Notes: generated from the sequence alone by a model not told the origin. Shown: positions 14,070-26,885, counted from the first letter of the stretch. The stretch is DNA of 64,000 nt from Octopus vulgaris (GCA_951406725.2 OX597821.1:71176001-71240000), one strand, 5' to 3'. Translations and numbers: made by a program.

Positions 14070-14238
14070 CTGTTTATTGCCAAGACAGTGGAAACAGTAG
14101 ATGAAGAATCCTTGTAGACTGTTTAGAATGGCGAAGATATACGCGATGACGAGAGTAGCTTCGTTCATGTAGAAGAATCCAAAAACCCACGTGAGACCAA
14201 GGATAACTTCGAGGGAGAGGGCACCTTTGACCCAAGCG
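14070..14238 (-). CDS. aGPCR exon: TM6-TM7 (AWVKGALSLEVILGLTWVFGFFYMNEATLVIAYIFAILNSLQGFFIYCFHCLGNKQ)
   Basis: Acceptor ctcttcttcag|C, donor CAG|gttggt; LGLTW.FG and NSLQG.FI..FHC motifs. Confidence 0.96.
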
Positions 14239-14957
14239 CTGAAGAAGAGAGGTAAAGTAAATACATGAATTATTCTTTTTAAGAAATAACATTAATAAGC
14301 AATACTTCTGAATGCCTGAAAGTTGCGATGATAACAACAACAACAACAACAACACCAACAATAACCGTTTCTTATTTTCGTTCAGGGACTGCAACTTTGA
14401 GGAGAGGAAGATATTTGATCGATTCCAGTACTTGACTGGAACTAAACTTTATCGAACCCGGAGAGATTAAAGACGACGTTGACATCAAAAGGATTTGAAC
14501 ACACAATGCAAAGGCAATGAATTAAATGCGGCAAGACATCTTGTCCAAGCTCTACCGTGTTGACCATCCGTCATAGAAATGATAATAATAATCTCTGTCT
14601 TACAGTCATGTCGCATATTTAAGATGGGAGTGTTATATAAGTTTAATCATCAATTGTTATTTGCTTTATCGAACCCAGGAGTTTAAAGTGCAAGTCGACC
14701 TTAGAGTATATCGAGCTGAGAACAGTAGATTCAAGTTTTGGTGCCGTTTCTTTGGTATCGCTGATTCGACGCTGACTTTTTCGACATTACCCGTTTTAAT
14801 GTTTCTCTTGTTCTCCTTCTCCTTCTCCCTCTTTCCCCCTTTTTCTTTCCTTCTTTCTTTCTTTTTCTCTTCTCTCTCCCCTCTCTCGTTCCCCTCCCTC
14901 CTTCTCTTTATCTCCCCCTCACTCTCTTTCTCTCTCCCTCCCTTACTCTCTCTATCC

Positions 14958-15031
<74 letters not shown>

Positions 15032-15304
15032 CTGTTCGCAGGATGAGTGTGTATGTGTGTGTGTGAAAGAAATAGAGAGAGAGGAAAATAGTGTGTATGT
15101 TAGGCTCCAGTGCCAAAAAGCATTATCGCCAAGCAGGTTGAATGTCTAGCCACGCCGTGCCAAGTCGTCAGCGTCCAAACAGCTGCGCCCAGTAGTCTCA
15201 TTCCGTCTTCAAGTGACAGAATATAAAACGGATTCACGGTAGATACAAAACATGATCTATATCTATATCTATTTTTCTATTTATATATATATATTTATAC
15301 ACAC

Positions 15305-15393
15305 CCGATGGTTCCTACCATGTCGTCAGGAATGACGTAGCCAGAATGTTGGTAAATAGTGATCAGTGCATAGGTCAGGATTATGGCATTCAC
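15305..15393 (-). CDS. aGPCR exon: TM5 end and ICL3 (VNAIILTYALITIYQHSGYVIPDDMVGTIG)
   Basis: Acceptor tctgcatttag|GTG. The in-frame (phase 2) donor is GG|gtgtgt at 15305; a competing out-of-frame donor lies at 15319. Confidence 0.85.
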
Positions 15394-15484
15394 CTAAATG
15401 CAGAAGAGTAAACAATTTAGAGACAAAACAGTATATTACATCGGAAAGTCTGTTAATATTTACACAACACACATGCATACACAG

Positions 15485-15558
<74 letters not shown>

Positions 15559-15559
15559 G

Positions 15560-15748
15560 CCATGATGGATCGCTATCCACTAAACCTTTTCTATTTTCTC
15601 TCCCTGTTTATTTCTATGTTCCTTTCTGTCGAAGAGCGTAGGCTCGAAACGTAAAAGACTTTCTCAATTCCGGAGCGTTAAACTAATACATTTGTTTGCT
15701 GTTTACACACCTGTCTTCATCTTTTGTTGTTGTTTTTTTTGTAAATTC

Positions 15749-15750
<2 letters not shown>
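15560..15750 (+). mobile_element. Short repeat family with hammerhead-like motif (15622-15657)
   Basis: CTTT-CTGTCGA-A-GAGC GTAG GCTC-GAAAC-GTA-AAAG; core A6 substituted. Confidence 0.65.
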
Positions 15751-15801
<51 letters not shown>

Positions 15802-15848
15802 AAAAACAAGTCAAGATAGAAAATGCTAAAATAATTTTATAAAGAACA

Positions 15849-15890
15849 TTTCAGTACCGGTTTCAGTCATTGAGACTTTTTCAACTGTAA
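15849..15890 (-). ncRNA. Minimal hammerhead motif with U3-A8 covariant core
   Basis: Minus strand: uuaCAG-UUGAAAA-AGUC UCAAU GACU-GAAA-CCG-GUA^CUGaaa; palindrome ACCGGU in place of stem III. Confidence 0.65.
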
Positions 15891-16177
15891 CAATTAAATA
15901 ATTAAATTTAGAAAAATTAAAAGAAAAGTTTTTTTTAAAGAATATTTGTATAGTGTTCAAATACAAGTGGCATTTTCCTTGTTTCTGCCTGTCTCTGTCT
16001 CTCTTGTTTACTCTTATGGGTTCGAGGTCGTTGTGAATTCTTGGTAGGGAAGAAGAAGAAGGAGGAGGAGAAGGGGAGGAAGAAGACGAAGAATTTGGGA
16101 GTGCCATGATTGTAGTATTTTGAATGGTCAGTGGAGGCTAGCAGTTGCTATATATATACATATATATATATATATAC

Positions 16178-16465
<288 letters not shown>

Positions 16466-17411
16466 CAGTGCCAATACCAAACGGTAAGGTGTATTACCAA
16501 TTAAAATGGATAGTTGTGTCAGAACACACAATGTTGCGATATTTTCCACGAGAGAAACTCTCATACATTTTGTGGTGCGTTTAAGCACTTCATTGACAAG
16601 GCCAAAGAAGGCCGACATCACGTGATCTGGTAGCGGTGGAAGCAGCAGAAGTTGATGTGATTGTCTACCGCTAGCGATGTAAACAATGAAAAGCTTCTCC
16701 GCACCACAAAGCTATAGGAGAGGTTCTCTCGTTGTAAATATCGCACTATCGTCTTCTAAGACAACGTCCGCTTAGAAGTGGGGATAAATGTAACCATACA
16801 GCTCAACATTCTGTATTACACTAAGTCTTACCAAATATCTGTTCTGTTCATTTTCATAAATTTCCTTCAAACGTGTGCAGACAAATTCCGTACGTGAATC
16901 ATAGTCGCTCAATTCAGAACATTGTTATTATCTTGGACAGGTCACTAAGTCTCTTGAAACCCTGAGACCATCGTTTCAGAGAAGGAGTTACATTCTCAAC
17001 CTGCATGTCATCATAGTAAAACTAAAAACTGATAAATGGTCCATTATTTTTAAATGATGTACCGTAGGTAATAATGGCGAAAAGAGTTTCATTACATGTT
17101 GTTTAATGCAAAGGTAGCTTTGATTCAGCAGACCTGTGTTCAGAAGCGCTCCAGTCATGACCATTCTATCTTTTTATATAGCTAGGGTTACATTGACCGT
17201 TGCAATCTTTCCCCTTTTGTTAAGACGGCGGGGTTATGGTTTCTAGCTGGTCGACTAACAGCACAGAGGCCGCACTATTAGCTTGTTTAACTGGGTTAGG
17301 GTTCAATGATGAAGTTTAACGATTAAATTATAAATGTTAGGTTAAAAAAAAAAGGGGGCACGGGTGCCGACTTTCCTTCCCTGGCTAAAAATAGAAGGTT
17401 AGAAAACTCAC

Positions 17412-17478
17412 CAGCAAGACAAAGGCCACGGGTCCGTTGAAAGCCCAAACAAAATAGTCTTCTGTGGAAAGCCAACAA
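17412..17478 (-). CDS. aGPCR exon: ECL2 and TM5 start (CWLSTEDYFVWAFNGPVAFVLL)
   Basis: Acceptor ttctttcgcag|T, donor CTG|gtgagt; CWL and W.F.GP motifs. Confidence 0.95.
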
Positions 17479-17559
17479 CTGCGAAAGAAGAAACAAATGC
17501 ATTAATTCTTGTAATTCGTTTGAATAGATGAATATCCCATATGCATACATACATATATT

Positions 17560-18600
17560 CATATTTTACATATATATATAACTTTTCAATTTCGCTTTTG
17601 TTTGGGGAACTGAGGTAACCTTGGTTTCATATACAAGTGAGCTAAGTGAACCATCTATGTCTTGCCAAGTGGGCAAGTATCTGAATTCCTAAAGTTACAT
17701 TTTGGTGTGGGCGCCTGATGTAATTTACGTATAATAATGTTTCACCTGTTCGGGCAGCAGTTATTAAGAAGCTTTTATTGATCGTCTATTATGAATTTTG
17801 CTATACCTATGGCTACCCGAGAAATGCTTATCTATCAGCCAAGGAATTTTCTACCTACGTTTTTGTTTTATCATTCACAAAGTAACGAACAATATAACCT
17901 TCCTAGGTCTGTTTTTAAAGCTTATTTCTTTTTATCGTCGAAGTCTAAGTTATTTTCTCTTCAAAATTATTATAGGGCGTTATTATAGTGGCGGGTGGGG
18001 CTGCCTTATCGAGTATTTTCTTGGAGGAGCTGAGATTAGATATCTTATTACAAATATTGGGTATAAAGTTTTTGAAGACGAAAGTGGGACTGGAAGACAG
18101 TTTGTGTATATACGTAAGATTTTTATTTTGGTTTATGGTAGCGCTTGTAAGAGCATGGATTTAGGTCCTAGCCTTGACAGATTAGCATTTCCAACATAGG
18201 CATAGTAACAATAATATCTTTAATAGACGTTCCGTGTAAGTTTCTTATAGCTGCTAGAGTAACTTGAAAAGTAGGTGTCCACTTCAAAATGTAATTTCAG
18301 GAATCCAGAACTTGCCCACTCAACCAGGTAGGTATGGTTAGCTCAAGTGTACACGAAGCCAAGGACACTTCAGTTCTGTTATGTAGCGAAATTGAAGAGA
18401 GAAAATATATAGGACGATGTGAAAGTTGCTTGAAAATGTGATGTTCCAACCACCAATGATTTTTCTGGCAAGTGGACAATAGAAGACAACCACAAAGCTA
18501 TTTGTTTGTATGTCTTTTTCATCGAGTTTTATTAAAGTTCTTAAGAGAGCCCAAGCCGGTCGCTAACAAGCGACAAAATCTTTTGAGCTAAGGGAGTTCC
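17560..18600 (+). mobile_element. Decayed Penelope-like retroelement (RT-linker-GIY-YIG fragments)
   Basis: Fragmentary translations TNIG.K.F, NIFNR..V.VSYSC.SNLKS, CNFRNPE, ERKYIGRCESCLK...NH resemble the PLE linker and GIY-YIG endonuclease. Confidence 0.65.
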
Positions 18601-18875
18601 CATTGTTTGTAAATACGTGGGTGAATTGGTGTGTTGGTTGAGCAGTCGAGGCACACAACCGTGTGCATCTATTCGTCTGAGTGTATATGTGTGAGTGTGT
18701 GTGTGTGTGTGCGCGCGCGCGCATGTGTGAGGGAGAGAGAGAGTGAGAGAGAGTGAAACAATGGTAAGTTTTGGTTTTATGTTGAATTTAAAATATACTG
18801 TATTACTAATGCAGTAAGCATTAGAGGATCAAAAGAGCACTGTAAATAAGATAAGAAAGGATACTTCGAACTTAC

Positions 18876-18942
18876 TGTCGGTCTGTTCCGTAGCCGTCCA
18901 AGTTGACGATGGCTGAAATACTGACAACCAGAGTGGGGAATC
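18876..18942 (-). CDS. aGPCR exon: TM4 end and ECL2 (FPTLVVSISAIVNLDGYGTDR)
   Basis: Acceptor tctattttag|GA, donor CA|gtaagt; 67 nt. Confidence 0.94.
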
Positions 18943-19163
18943 CTAAAATAGAATTAACAAAAAGGTTATCTCTACCTTTATAGTTTACCGTTCACAGTCA
19001 TGTGTATGTGTATGTGTATGCGTGTGTGTGTGTGTATGAGTATGTGTAGTTTTTATTTTTTGTCTTTGTTTTACAGATACGTACGCACATGCATGTGTGT
19101 ATATTTCCCCGTGTATATGTGTAATTAATGAGCGTGTATGTATGTATATATATTCATATATGT

Positions 19164-19231
<68 letters not shown>

Positions 19232-19317
19232 GTAGGTCCCGGGTTGATTCGGGGTTAACCACAGTAAGTAAGGTACTCAATACATAGCAGAGTAAAATTA
19301 ATTTATTATATAGAAGG

Positions 19318-19368
19318 AGCTTCTACAGGACTAGTACTGTTTCATTCAAGAGAAATCTTCAGGAAGCT
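19318..19368 (-). ncRNA. Type I hammerhead ribozyme motif (PLE-type), sense to the aGPCR pre-mRNA
   Basis: Minus strand reads AGCUUC-CUGAAGA-UUUC UCUU GAAU-GAAA-CAGUACUAGUCCU-GUA^GAAGCU: 6-bp stem I, intact CUGANGA/GAAA core, short stem II, near-palindromic stem III, GUA cleavage triplet. Confidence 0.82.
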
Positions 19369-19751
19369 ATTTAACAAGAATTGTATTAGCATTTATACAT
19401 TTAGGCAGGTTTAAAGGAGTGGTGGTGGGGGACTTTTTGGGGGTAGGCATAGCGCAAAATATCATACTTGGGGGAGTGGTCAAGGAGTCAGTGGTAAGTT
19501 AGATGAAAGAATAGATAAATAAAAAATAAAAAAATAAAAAATAAAAAAATAAAATAAAAAAATAAAAAAATAAAAAATATAAAAAATATATATAAAAAAA
19601 TATATATATAAAATATATATATAAAAAAATATATATATAAAAAAAGGGGGGATAGAGTTATAGGTAAATAAGGAGATTCTCACTTATACCTATACACACA
19701 TGTATACGTATCTACACACACATACATGCATACACATATATATACACACAC

Positions 19752-19782
<31 letters not shown>

Positions 19783-20670
19783 CATATATACATATACATA
19801 TGTACACACATACATACATATCTACATACACACATACATACACCCACCCACATATACAAATTTATACACATGCACATGCCTATACCTGTCTACACATACA
19901 CACACGTATATATGCATACACTCACTCCCATGCATGCACGCATACACACATGTATATATATATATATATACCCACGACCACACATACATATATACACATA
20001 AAAATATATATTCATACGCACATACACTCATGCACACACAACACACCTAGTTCCCTATATACACATATTTACACCTATATATACATACACCCACATACAC
20101 CTATGTACACATATATATATATAAACATATACACGCATACATATATATACATGTGTGCACATACATACATACACACATATATACATACACATACACATAC
20201 ACATGTGTACCTATACATACCTACACATACACACATACATACATACAAATATACATATACATATATATATATACAATCCAATACAGGCCCATTCCCTAAT
20301 TTTAATTTTATTATCTTCATTTATTACTTTTGTTATCTTTGATCGCTAGGGCTAAGAATCCTGGCAATGGCTGCATGTCCATTTGTCTGTCTACTAGAAG
20401 GCAAGTACTCATTCTCGCACGCACACTCATTAGCACGTACATTCACCCATTCGTACACTCATACACATACACGTACGCACGCGTTATATTCATACATACA
20501 AACATCTACATACGTTCACGTATATACACATACGTACTCGTACCTACAGATTCGTGTCTACACTTTAGGAGGCTAGTCTATACATATACACCAATAAATA
20601 TACATATATATATATATACCCGCATATACATACACACACACACATATATACTCCTACATACAGATACATA

Positions 20671-20718
<48 letters not shown>

Positions 20719-20906
20719 CACACACATACATACACATACACACATACATATACACACACATACATACACATATATATACATACACAAACATATATACACA
20801 CATATATATATACATACACACATACATACGTATACATACATACATACATCCATACATCCATACTTACATGCATTTATACGCATACACACACCCATCTATA
20901 TATATG

Positions 20907-20937
<31 letters not shown>

Positions 20938-21456
20938 TCACACATACATATACAAATCTACGCACACACATACATACATACACGTATACGCATACACGCA
21001 CATACACATATACATGCGTACCCATACACGTGCACACACGCACGCGCATCCATATATATACACACACACACATATATATATACACGTATGCTTGCACACG
21101 TGTATATATATGTGTGTGTGTGTATATATATGGATGCGCGTGCGTGTGTGCACGTGTATGGGTACGCATGTATATGTGTATGTGCGTGTATGCGTATACG
21201 TGTATGTATGTATGTGTGTGCGTAGATTTGTATATGTATGTGTGAGTGTGTATATATATATATATATATACATATATATAGATGGGTGTGTGTATGCGTA
21301 TAAATGCATGTAAGTATGGATGTATGGATGTATGTATGTATGTATACGTATGTATGTGTGTATGTGTGTATGTATATATATATGTGTGTATATATGTTTG
21401 TGTATGTATATATATGTGTATGTATGTGTGTGTATATGTATGTGTGTATGTGTATG

Positions 21457-21502
<46 letters not shown>

Positions 21503-22390
21503 TATGTATCTGTATGTAGGAGTATATATGTGTGTGTGTGTATGTATATGCGGGTATATATATATATATGTATATTTATTGGTGTATATGTATAGACTAG
21601 CCTCCTAAAGTGTAGACACGAATCTGTAGGTACGAGTACGTATGTGTATATACGTGAACGTATGTAGATGTTTGTATGTATGAATATAACGCGTGCGTAC
21701 GTGTATGTGTATGAGTGTACGAATGGGTGAATGTACGTGCTAATGAGTGTGCGTGCGAGAATGAGTACTTGCCTTCTAGTAGACAGACAAATGGACATGC
21801 AGCCATTGCCAGGATTCTTAGCCCTAGCGATCAAAGATAACAAAAGTAATAAATGAAGATAATAAAATTAAAATTAGGGAATGGGCCTGTATTGGATTGT
21901 ATATATATATATGTATATGTATATTTGTATGTATGTATGTGTGTATGTGTAGGTATGTATAGGTACACATGTGTATGTGTATGTGTATGTATATATGTGT
22001 GTATGTATGTATGTGCACACATGTATATATATGTATGCGTGTATATGTTTATATATATATATGTGTACATAGGTGTATGTGGGTGTATGTATATATAGGT
22101 GTAAATATGTGTATATAGGGAACTAGGTGTGTTGTGTGTGCATGAGTGTATGTGCGTATGAATATATATTTTTATGTGTATATATGTATGTGTGGTCGTG
22201 GGTATATATATATATATATACATGTGTGTATGCGTGCATGCATGGGAGTGAGTGTATGCATATATACGTGTGTGTATGTGTAGACAGGTATAGGCATGTG
22301 CATGTGTATAAATTTGTATATGTGGGCGGGTGTATGTATGTGTGTATGTAGATATGTATGTATGTGTGTACATATGTATATGTATATATG

Positions 22391-22421
<31 letters not shown>

Positions 22422-22805
22422 GTGTGTGTATATATATGTGTATGCATGTATGTGTGTGTAGATACGTATACATGTGTGTATAGGTATAAGTGAGAATCTC
22501 CTTATTTACCTATAACTCTATCCCCCCTTTTTTTTATATATATATTTTTTTATATATATATTTTATATATATATTTTTTTATATATATTTTTTATATTTT
22601 TTATTTTTTTATTTTTTATTTTATTTTTTTATTTTTTTATTTTTTTATTTTTTATTTATCTATTCTTTCATCTAACTTACCACTGACTCCTTGACCACTC
22701 CCCCAAGTATGATATTTTGCGCTATGCCTACCCCCAAAAAGTCCCCCACCACCACTCCTTTAAACCTGCCTAAATGTATAAATGCTAATACAATTCTTGT
22801 TAAAT

Positions 22806-22856
22806 AGCTTCCTGAAGATTTCTCTTGAATGAAACAGTACTAGTCCTGTAGAAGCT
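22806..22856 (+). ncRNA. Type I hammerhead ribozyme motif, mirror copy of 19318-19368
   Basis: agcttc ctgaaga tttc tctt gaat gaaa cagtactagtcct gta gaagct; predicted cleavage after 22850. Confidence 0.82.
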
Positions 22857-22867
22857 CCTTCTATATA

Positions 22868-22958
<91 letters not shown>

Positions 22959-23173
22959 GAGCGGGCAAGGAGAAAGAAAGGAAGGAAAAACGGAAGAAAG
23001 AAGAAAGGGAAGGATAGAAAGATGTGTAACATTGTGCTTACGTGTGAGAAGTTGATGCGAAGGGTATATGTATGTGTGAGTGCGTGTGCGTGTGTGTGTT
23101 GTGTGTGTGTGTGTGTGTGTGTATGTGTGTGTGTGTGTGCGTGCGTGTGTTTGTGTGTGTGTTCGTTACTCAC

Positions 23174-23327
23174 CATATCCAAATATATAGTAATAAATCA
23201 TCTTCGATTTAGCGGTTTTGAACACCTGGACAATCATGATGAGGATTTTGGCAGCTTCCATCAGCATCCAAGAGAATGCAGCCAAGAAGAAGTAATGCAT
23301 CAGCCCAGCGAACACTGAACATACCAT
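23174..23327 (-). CDS. aGPCR exon: TM3, ICL2 and start of TM4 (MVCSVFAGLMHYFFLAAFSWMLMEAAKILIMIVQVFKTAKSKMIYYYIFGYG)
   Basis: Acceptor gtacacag|ATG, donor G|gtgagt (phase 1). Confidence 0.95.
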
Positions 23328-24230
23328 CTGTGTACCCAATGGAATAAAGAGATAGAGAGAGAGAGAGAGTAAGAGTGAGAAGGAGAGAGTGAAGACAAAC
23401 AGTGGTCTTTGGCAGGTTATAAAGACTGGCGTTTAGATTGATGTTAGCTTTGAAGAGAAGATCTAGGATTAAAAGACATTGTAGTTCAAAGCATTGCAGA
23501 ATTTTTTCCACTATTCCGCAGTTAAGTTCTTTCAAATTTAATTAATTGACTAAGTTACCAACAAAGCATTATATATGCAAATTGGATTTACCAGTTTAGT
23601 GGATCCAGCTAATATATTATTAGCTGAATAACTTTTCTTAAACAGACAAGATAGGTGTACTTTCTGAAAGATACAGCTAACTCAAGAAAATCTCACTTTT
23701 TTCCGTTTCGGAAAGGTTAATTAGTATACAGTTGTTAAGATTTCTTGGTTCGTTTTTACACACGTAAATATGTAATGTGCAGGCATGTAGAACACAGAGT
23801 ATTATTTGTGATGTCTCGAGAAACTGGTACTCCGTCGGTGGCGACGATGAGTGCTCCAGTCGATCAGATCAGCAGATCATCCTGCTTGTGAAATTAACGC
23901 ACAAGTGGCTGATAATTCCAGAGACACGCGTGCCCTTAATGTAGTTCTCAGGGAGACTCAGCGTGACATAAAATGTGACGAGGCTGACTCGTTTGAAAAA
24001 CAGGAACAACTCATTTTTGCTAATTAAGTGGACTCGAGCAAAAGGAAAAATCAGAGGCAGTTGTGTCTGTTAATTGCAGTAATTAATCGTAATTAATCTA
24101 TGGGACAGTAGATAGGAGTCTACAATTCGCAAACGATATCAATGTCTTAATTAAAAATAACAACAATAGAATAAATAAAATAAAAAATATAAAAATAGAG
24201 GAAGAAAAGCAATGAAAAATCGCTGCCTAC

Positions 24231-24333
24231 CTTATTCGTGGTTCTGTCAACACCAATCATGAAAAGAAGTTGAGCAACAAAGAGACAAAAGACAAGATTT
24301 TTGTGTATGGAATTCCGTTCCCCACGTATAGCA
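24231..24333 (-). CDS. aGPCR exon: TM2 (AIRGERNSIHKNLVFCLFVAQLLFMIGVDRTTNK)
   Basis: Acceptor ttttttccag|T, donor AAG|gtaggc; RN.IHKNL motif. Confidence 0.95.
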
Positions 24334-24387
24334 CTGGAAAAAATAAAACATCAATCATTTACTATTTATCTGAGTCTGTGTGTAAGA

Positions 24388-24389
<2 letters not shown>

Positions 24390-24449
<60 letters not shown>

Positions 24450-24567
24450 GTGTGTGCGTACATGTATGTATGCGTGTATGTGTGCGTGCATGTATGTATA
24501 CACGTACGTACGTACGTATGTACGTATGTGTGTATGCATGTATGTATGTATGTGTGTATGTATGTAT

Positions 24568-24601
<34 letters not shown>

Positions 24602-25200
24602 TGTATGTATGTATGTATGTATGTATGTATGTATGTATGTATGCATGTATGTATGTGTGTATGTATGTCATTATTCAGTTTATTTCAAGATTTGTTGCCA
24701 ATAGAGAAAGAACCAGTTTCTAACATCAAGAACATATTTTTGTTTGTATGTATTTATTTATGTATGTAAGTATGTGTGTGTAAGTATGTATGCGTGCATG
24801 TGTGTATGTATGTATGTATGCGTGCGTATATGTGTCTATGTATGTGTGTATGTATGTATGTATGTATGTATGTGTGTGTATGCATGCATGTATGTATGTA
24901 TATATGTATGTATGTGTGTGTATGCATGTATGTATGTATATATGTATGTATGTATGTATGTATGTGTGTATGTATGTATGCATGCATGCATGCATGTATG
25001 TATGTATGTATGTATGTATGTATGTATGCATGCATGCATGTATGTATGTATGTATGTATGTAAGCATGCATGCATGCATGCATGCATGCATGTATGTATG
25101 TATGCATGCATGTATGTATGTATGTATGTATGTATGTATGTATGTATCTGCATGTATGTATGTATCAGTATGCAATACATATTTGGGTGTACAAACAGTA
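24390..25200. repeat. Compound (TA)n/(TATG)n/(CATG)n microsatellite block, representative of many in the window
   Basis: Directly visible; similar blocks at 34315-34695, 44235-44405 (CTAT/CTGT), 53620-54060 and 54465-54637 (CAT). Confidence 0.95.
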
Positions 25201-25355
25201 TTACATAATGCATTCATAAAACAGATTAAACGCACGCACACACATACACATGCAAACACACTTACAGACACAAACGTACACTCTCACACACTAACATTCA
25301 CTCAGACACACATACATATGCAGTCACCTATACATACTGTACATGCATATACACT

Positions 25356-25402
<47 letters not shown>

Positions 25403-25578
25403 GCATGCGTTCATAAAGAAAATACACAAAAAGAAGAAAAAACAAATCAAGACAAAAACACAGAATATAAAGGAAAGAAAAAAAGAAAAGAGAAAGAAAC
25501 AAAGAACGAAAGAACGAGAGGAAAAAAGGAGGAGGGAAGGGAAGAAAAGGAAGAAGGAAAGCACTAAATTCTACTCAC

Positions 25579-25682
25579 GTGACTACGTTGAACGTGATCC
25601 AGCTGAGGAAGAGACCAATCATCGATATTGAACAACCAACGTAAGTAATAATACGGAGAGCGTTCTGATGGGTGTAAGAGAT
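25579..25682 (-). CDS. aGPCR exon: TM1 (ISYTHQNALRIITYVGCSISMIGLFLSWITFNVVT)
   Basis: Acceptor ctccaatcag|ATC, donor AC|gtgagt (phase 2). Confidence 0.95.
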
Positions 25683-25832
25683 CTGATTGGAGGAGAAAGA
25701 AATAGAAAGAACCAATGAAAATAATGAAATCAGAATTGGTTTTGGGACCTGAGGACGGTTTTCTATTTTATTTCATTCACGTTTATCAAAGTTCGTGTTT
25801 GTATTTGCTTTGTGTTGAAGGAAATACTATTA

Positions 25833-26311
25833 AACCTTGGGAGGGTCATTGTGCCAGTAGCAATAAACACACGCACTGGTTCGGCCCTTCATTGTTATTT
25901 TTGTTAGTGTTCGGTATTGTTTGTGCTGTTATTTTTCTTTTTCTTTTTTTGTCAAATAATTATTTCATTGCATTGTTGCAATCTCTCCAGTTATACTTCT
26001 TTTGAAGTTGAAAAACAATGGAAGTAGAGAGACGTGTCACTAGAGAGATTGCAGCAATGCAATGAAATAATTATTTGACAAAAAAAAAAAAAAAAGTAAG
26101 AAATGACAACATGAACAACACCGAACATTTGAACTATCGATTAACTGCTTGACCCAAAGTGTTTAACAAACGATTTAGAAAAACTAGTAAAAAAATGGCT
26201 GATCGATAAATTTGTTAGTGGAATAACTAACCCATTAACTAACAATAACAATAAACGACCGGACCAGTGCGTGTGTTTATTATTAACGGCATAATGACCC
26301 TCCCAAAGTTT
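25833..26311. repeat. Fold-back/MITE-like inverted repeat in the GPS-TM1 intron
   Basis: Left arm 25833-25991 pairs with 26040-26130 plus 26239-26311 (aaccttgggagggtcatt / aatgaccctcccaaagtt; tgtcaaataattatttcattgcattg / caatgcaatgaaataattatttgaca). Confidence 0.85.
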
Positions 26312-26431
26312 GCTGGGTTGGGCCCGATACCCCTTGTAGTTGTGAAGTTAACTGCTTAGCCATTCAGTCAAATACATGCACATGCGCGCGCGCACACACA
26401 CACCTGTAAGTATATATTTATGGAACATTAC

Positions 26432-26552
26432 CTCGATTCCTTCGACGTCCATGAGAATGGCAAAATTTGTCAAATGGTTGCAGCGACATTTTGTTTGGTA
26501 AATATCTGAGTTTATCATTCTGCATCCCTTTTGAGACCAATATGGTCGTGTG
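26432..26552 (-). CDS. aGPCR exon: GPS motif with autoproteolysis site and tethered agonist (WSQKGC...TKCRCNHL|TNFAILMDVEGIE)
   Basis: Acceptor ttttgtag|C, donor GAG|gtaatg; canonical W...GC, C.C.HL|T consensus and Stachel TNFAILM. Confidence 0.96.
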
Positions 26553-26839
26553 CTACAAAAGAATAAGACAATATATATACAGTGCATATACAATATATAT
26601 ATATACACACACACATGTGCGTGAGTCGCCTAAGGAACCATAAGTTAGGGACAAGATGTACTCGTATATCTGTTACTAGGGTGGGTATATTATCCGAAAT
26701 ATGTGGTATTAAATGTCCATCATGGCTGATCTTAACAATTGGTTTCGCGCAAGGAATACAATGGAGTTTAGGTAACAATCCGATTATATAACTCTACGCT
26801 CATCAGAGTTAGCCGATATGGAAGAGAATATGGCGATTG

Positions 26840-26885
<46 letters not shown>

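Larger units (their letters stand above)
19301..22873. repeat. Near-perfect 3.57-kb palindrome (arms about 19301-21087 and 21098-22873, 10-nt spacer), probably PLE-derived inverted duplication
   Basis: Mirror ORF pairs sum to 42173 (e.g. 19800/22373, 20330/21843); outer ends atttattatatagaaggagcttc / gaagctccttctatataataaat; centre tacacgt-atgcttgcac-acgtgta. Confidence 0.95.

Noticed and set aside
19680-22493. Long ORFs such as 20330-21313 (327 aa) and 20938-21843 (301 aa)
   Set aside because: H/T/Y/I/C/V/M-only translations of alternating purine-pyrimidine microsatellites, mirrored by the palindrome; no protein-like features.
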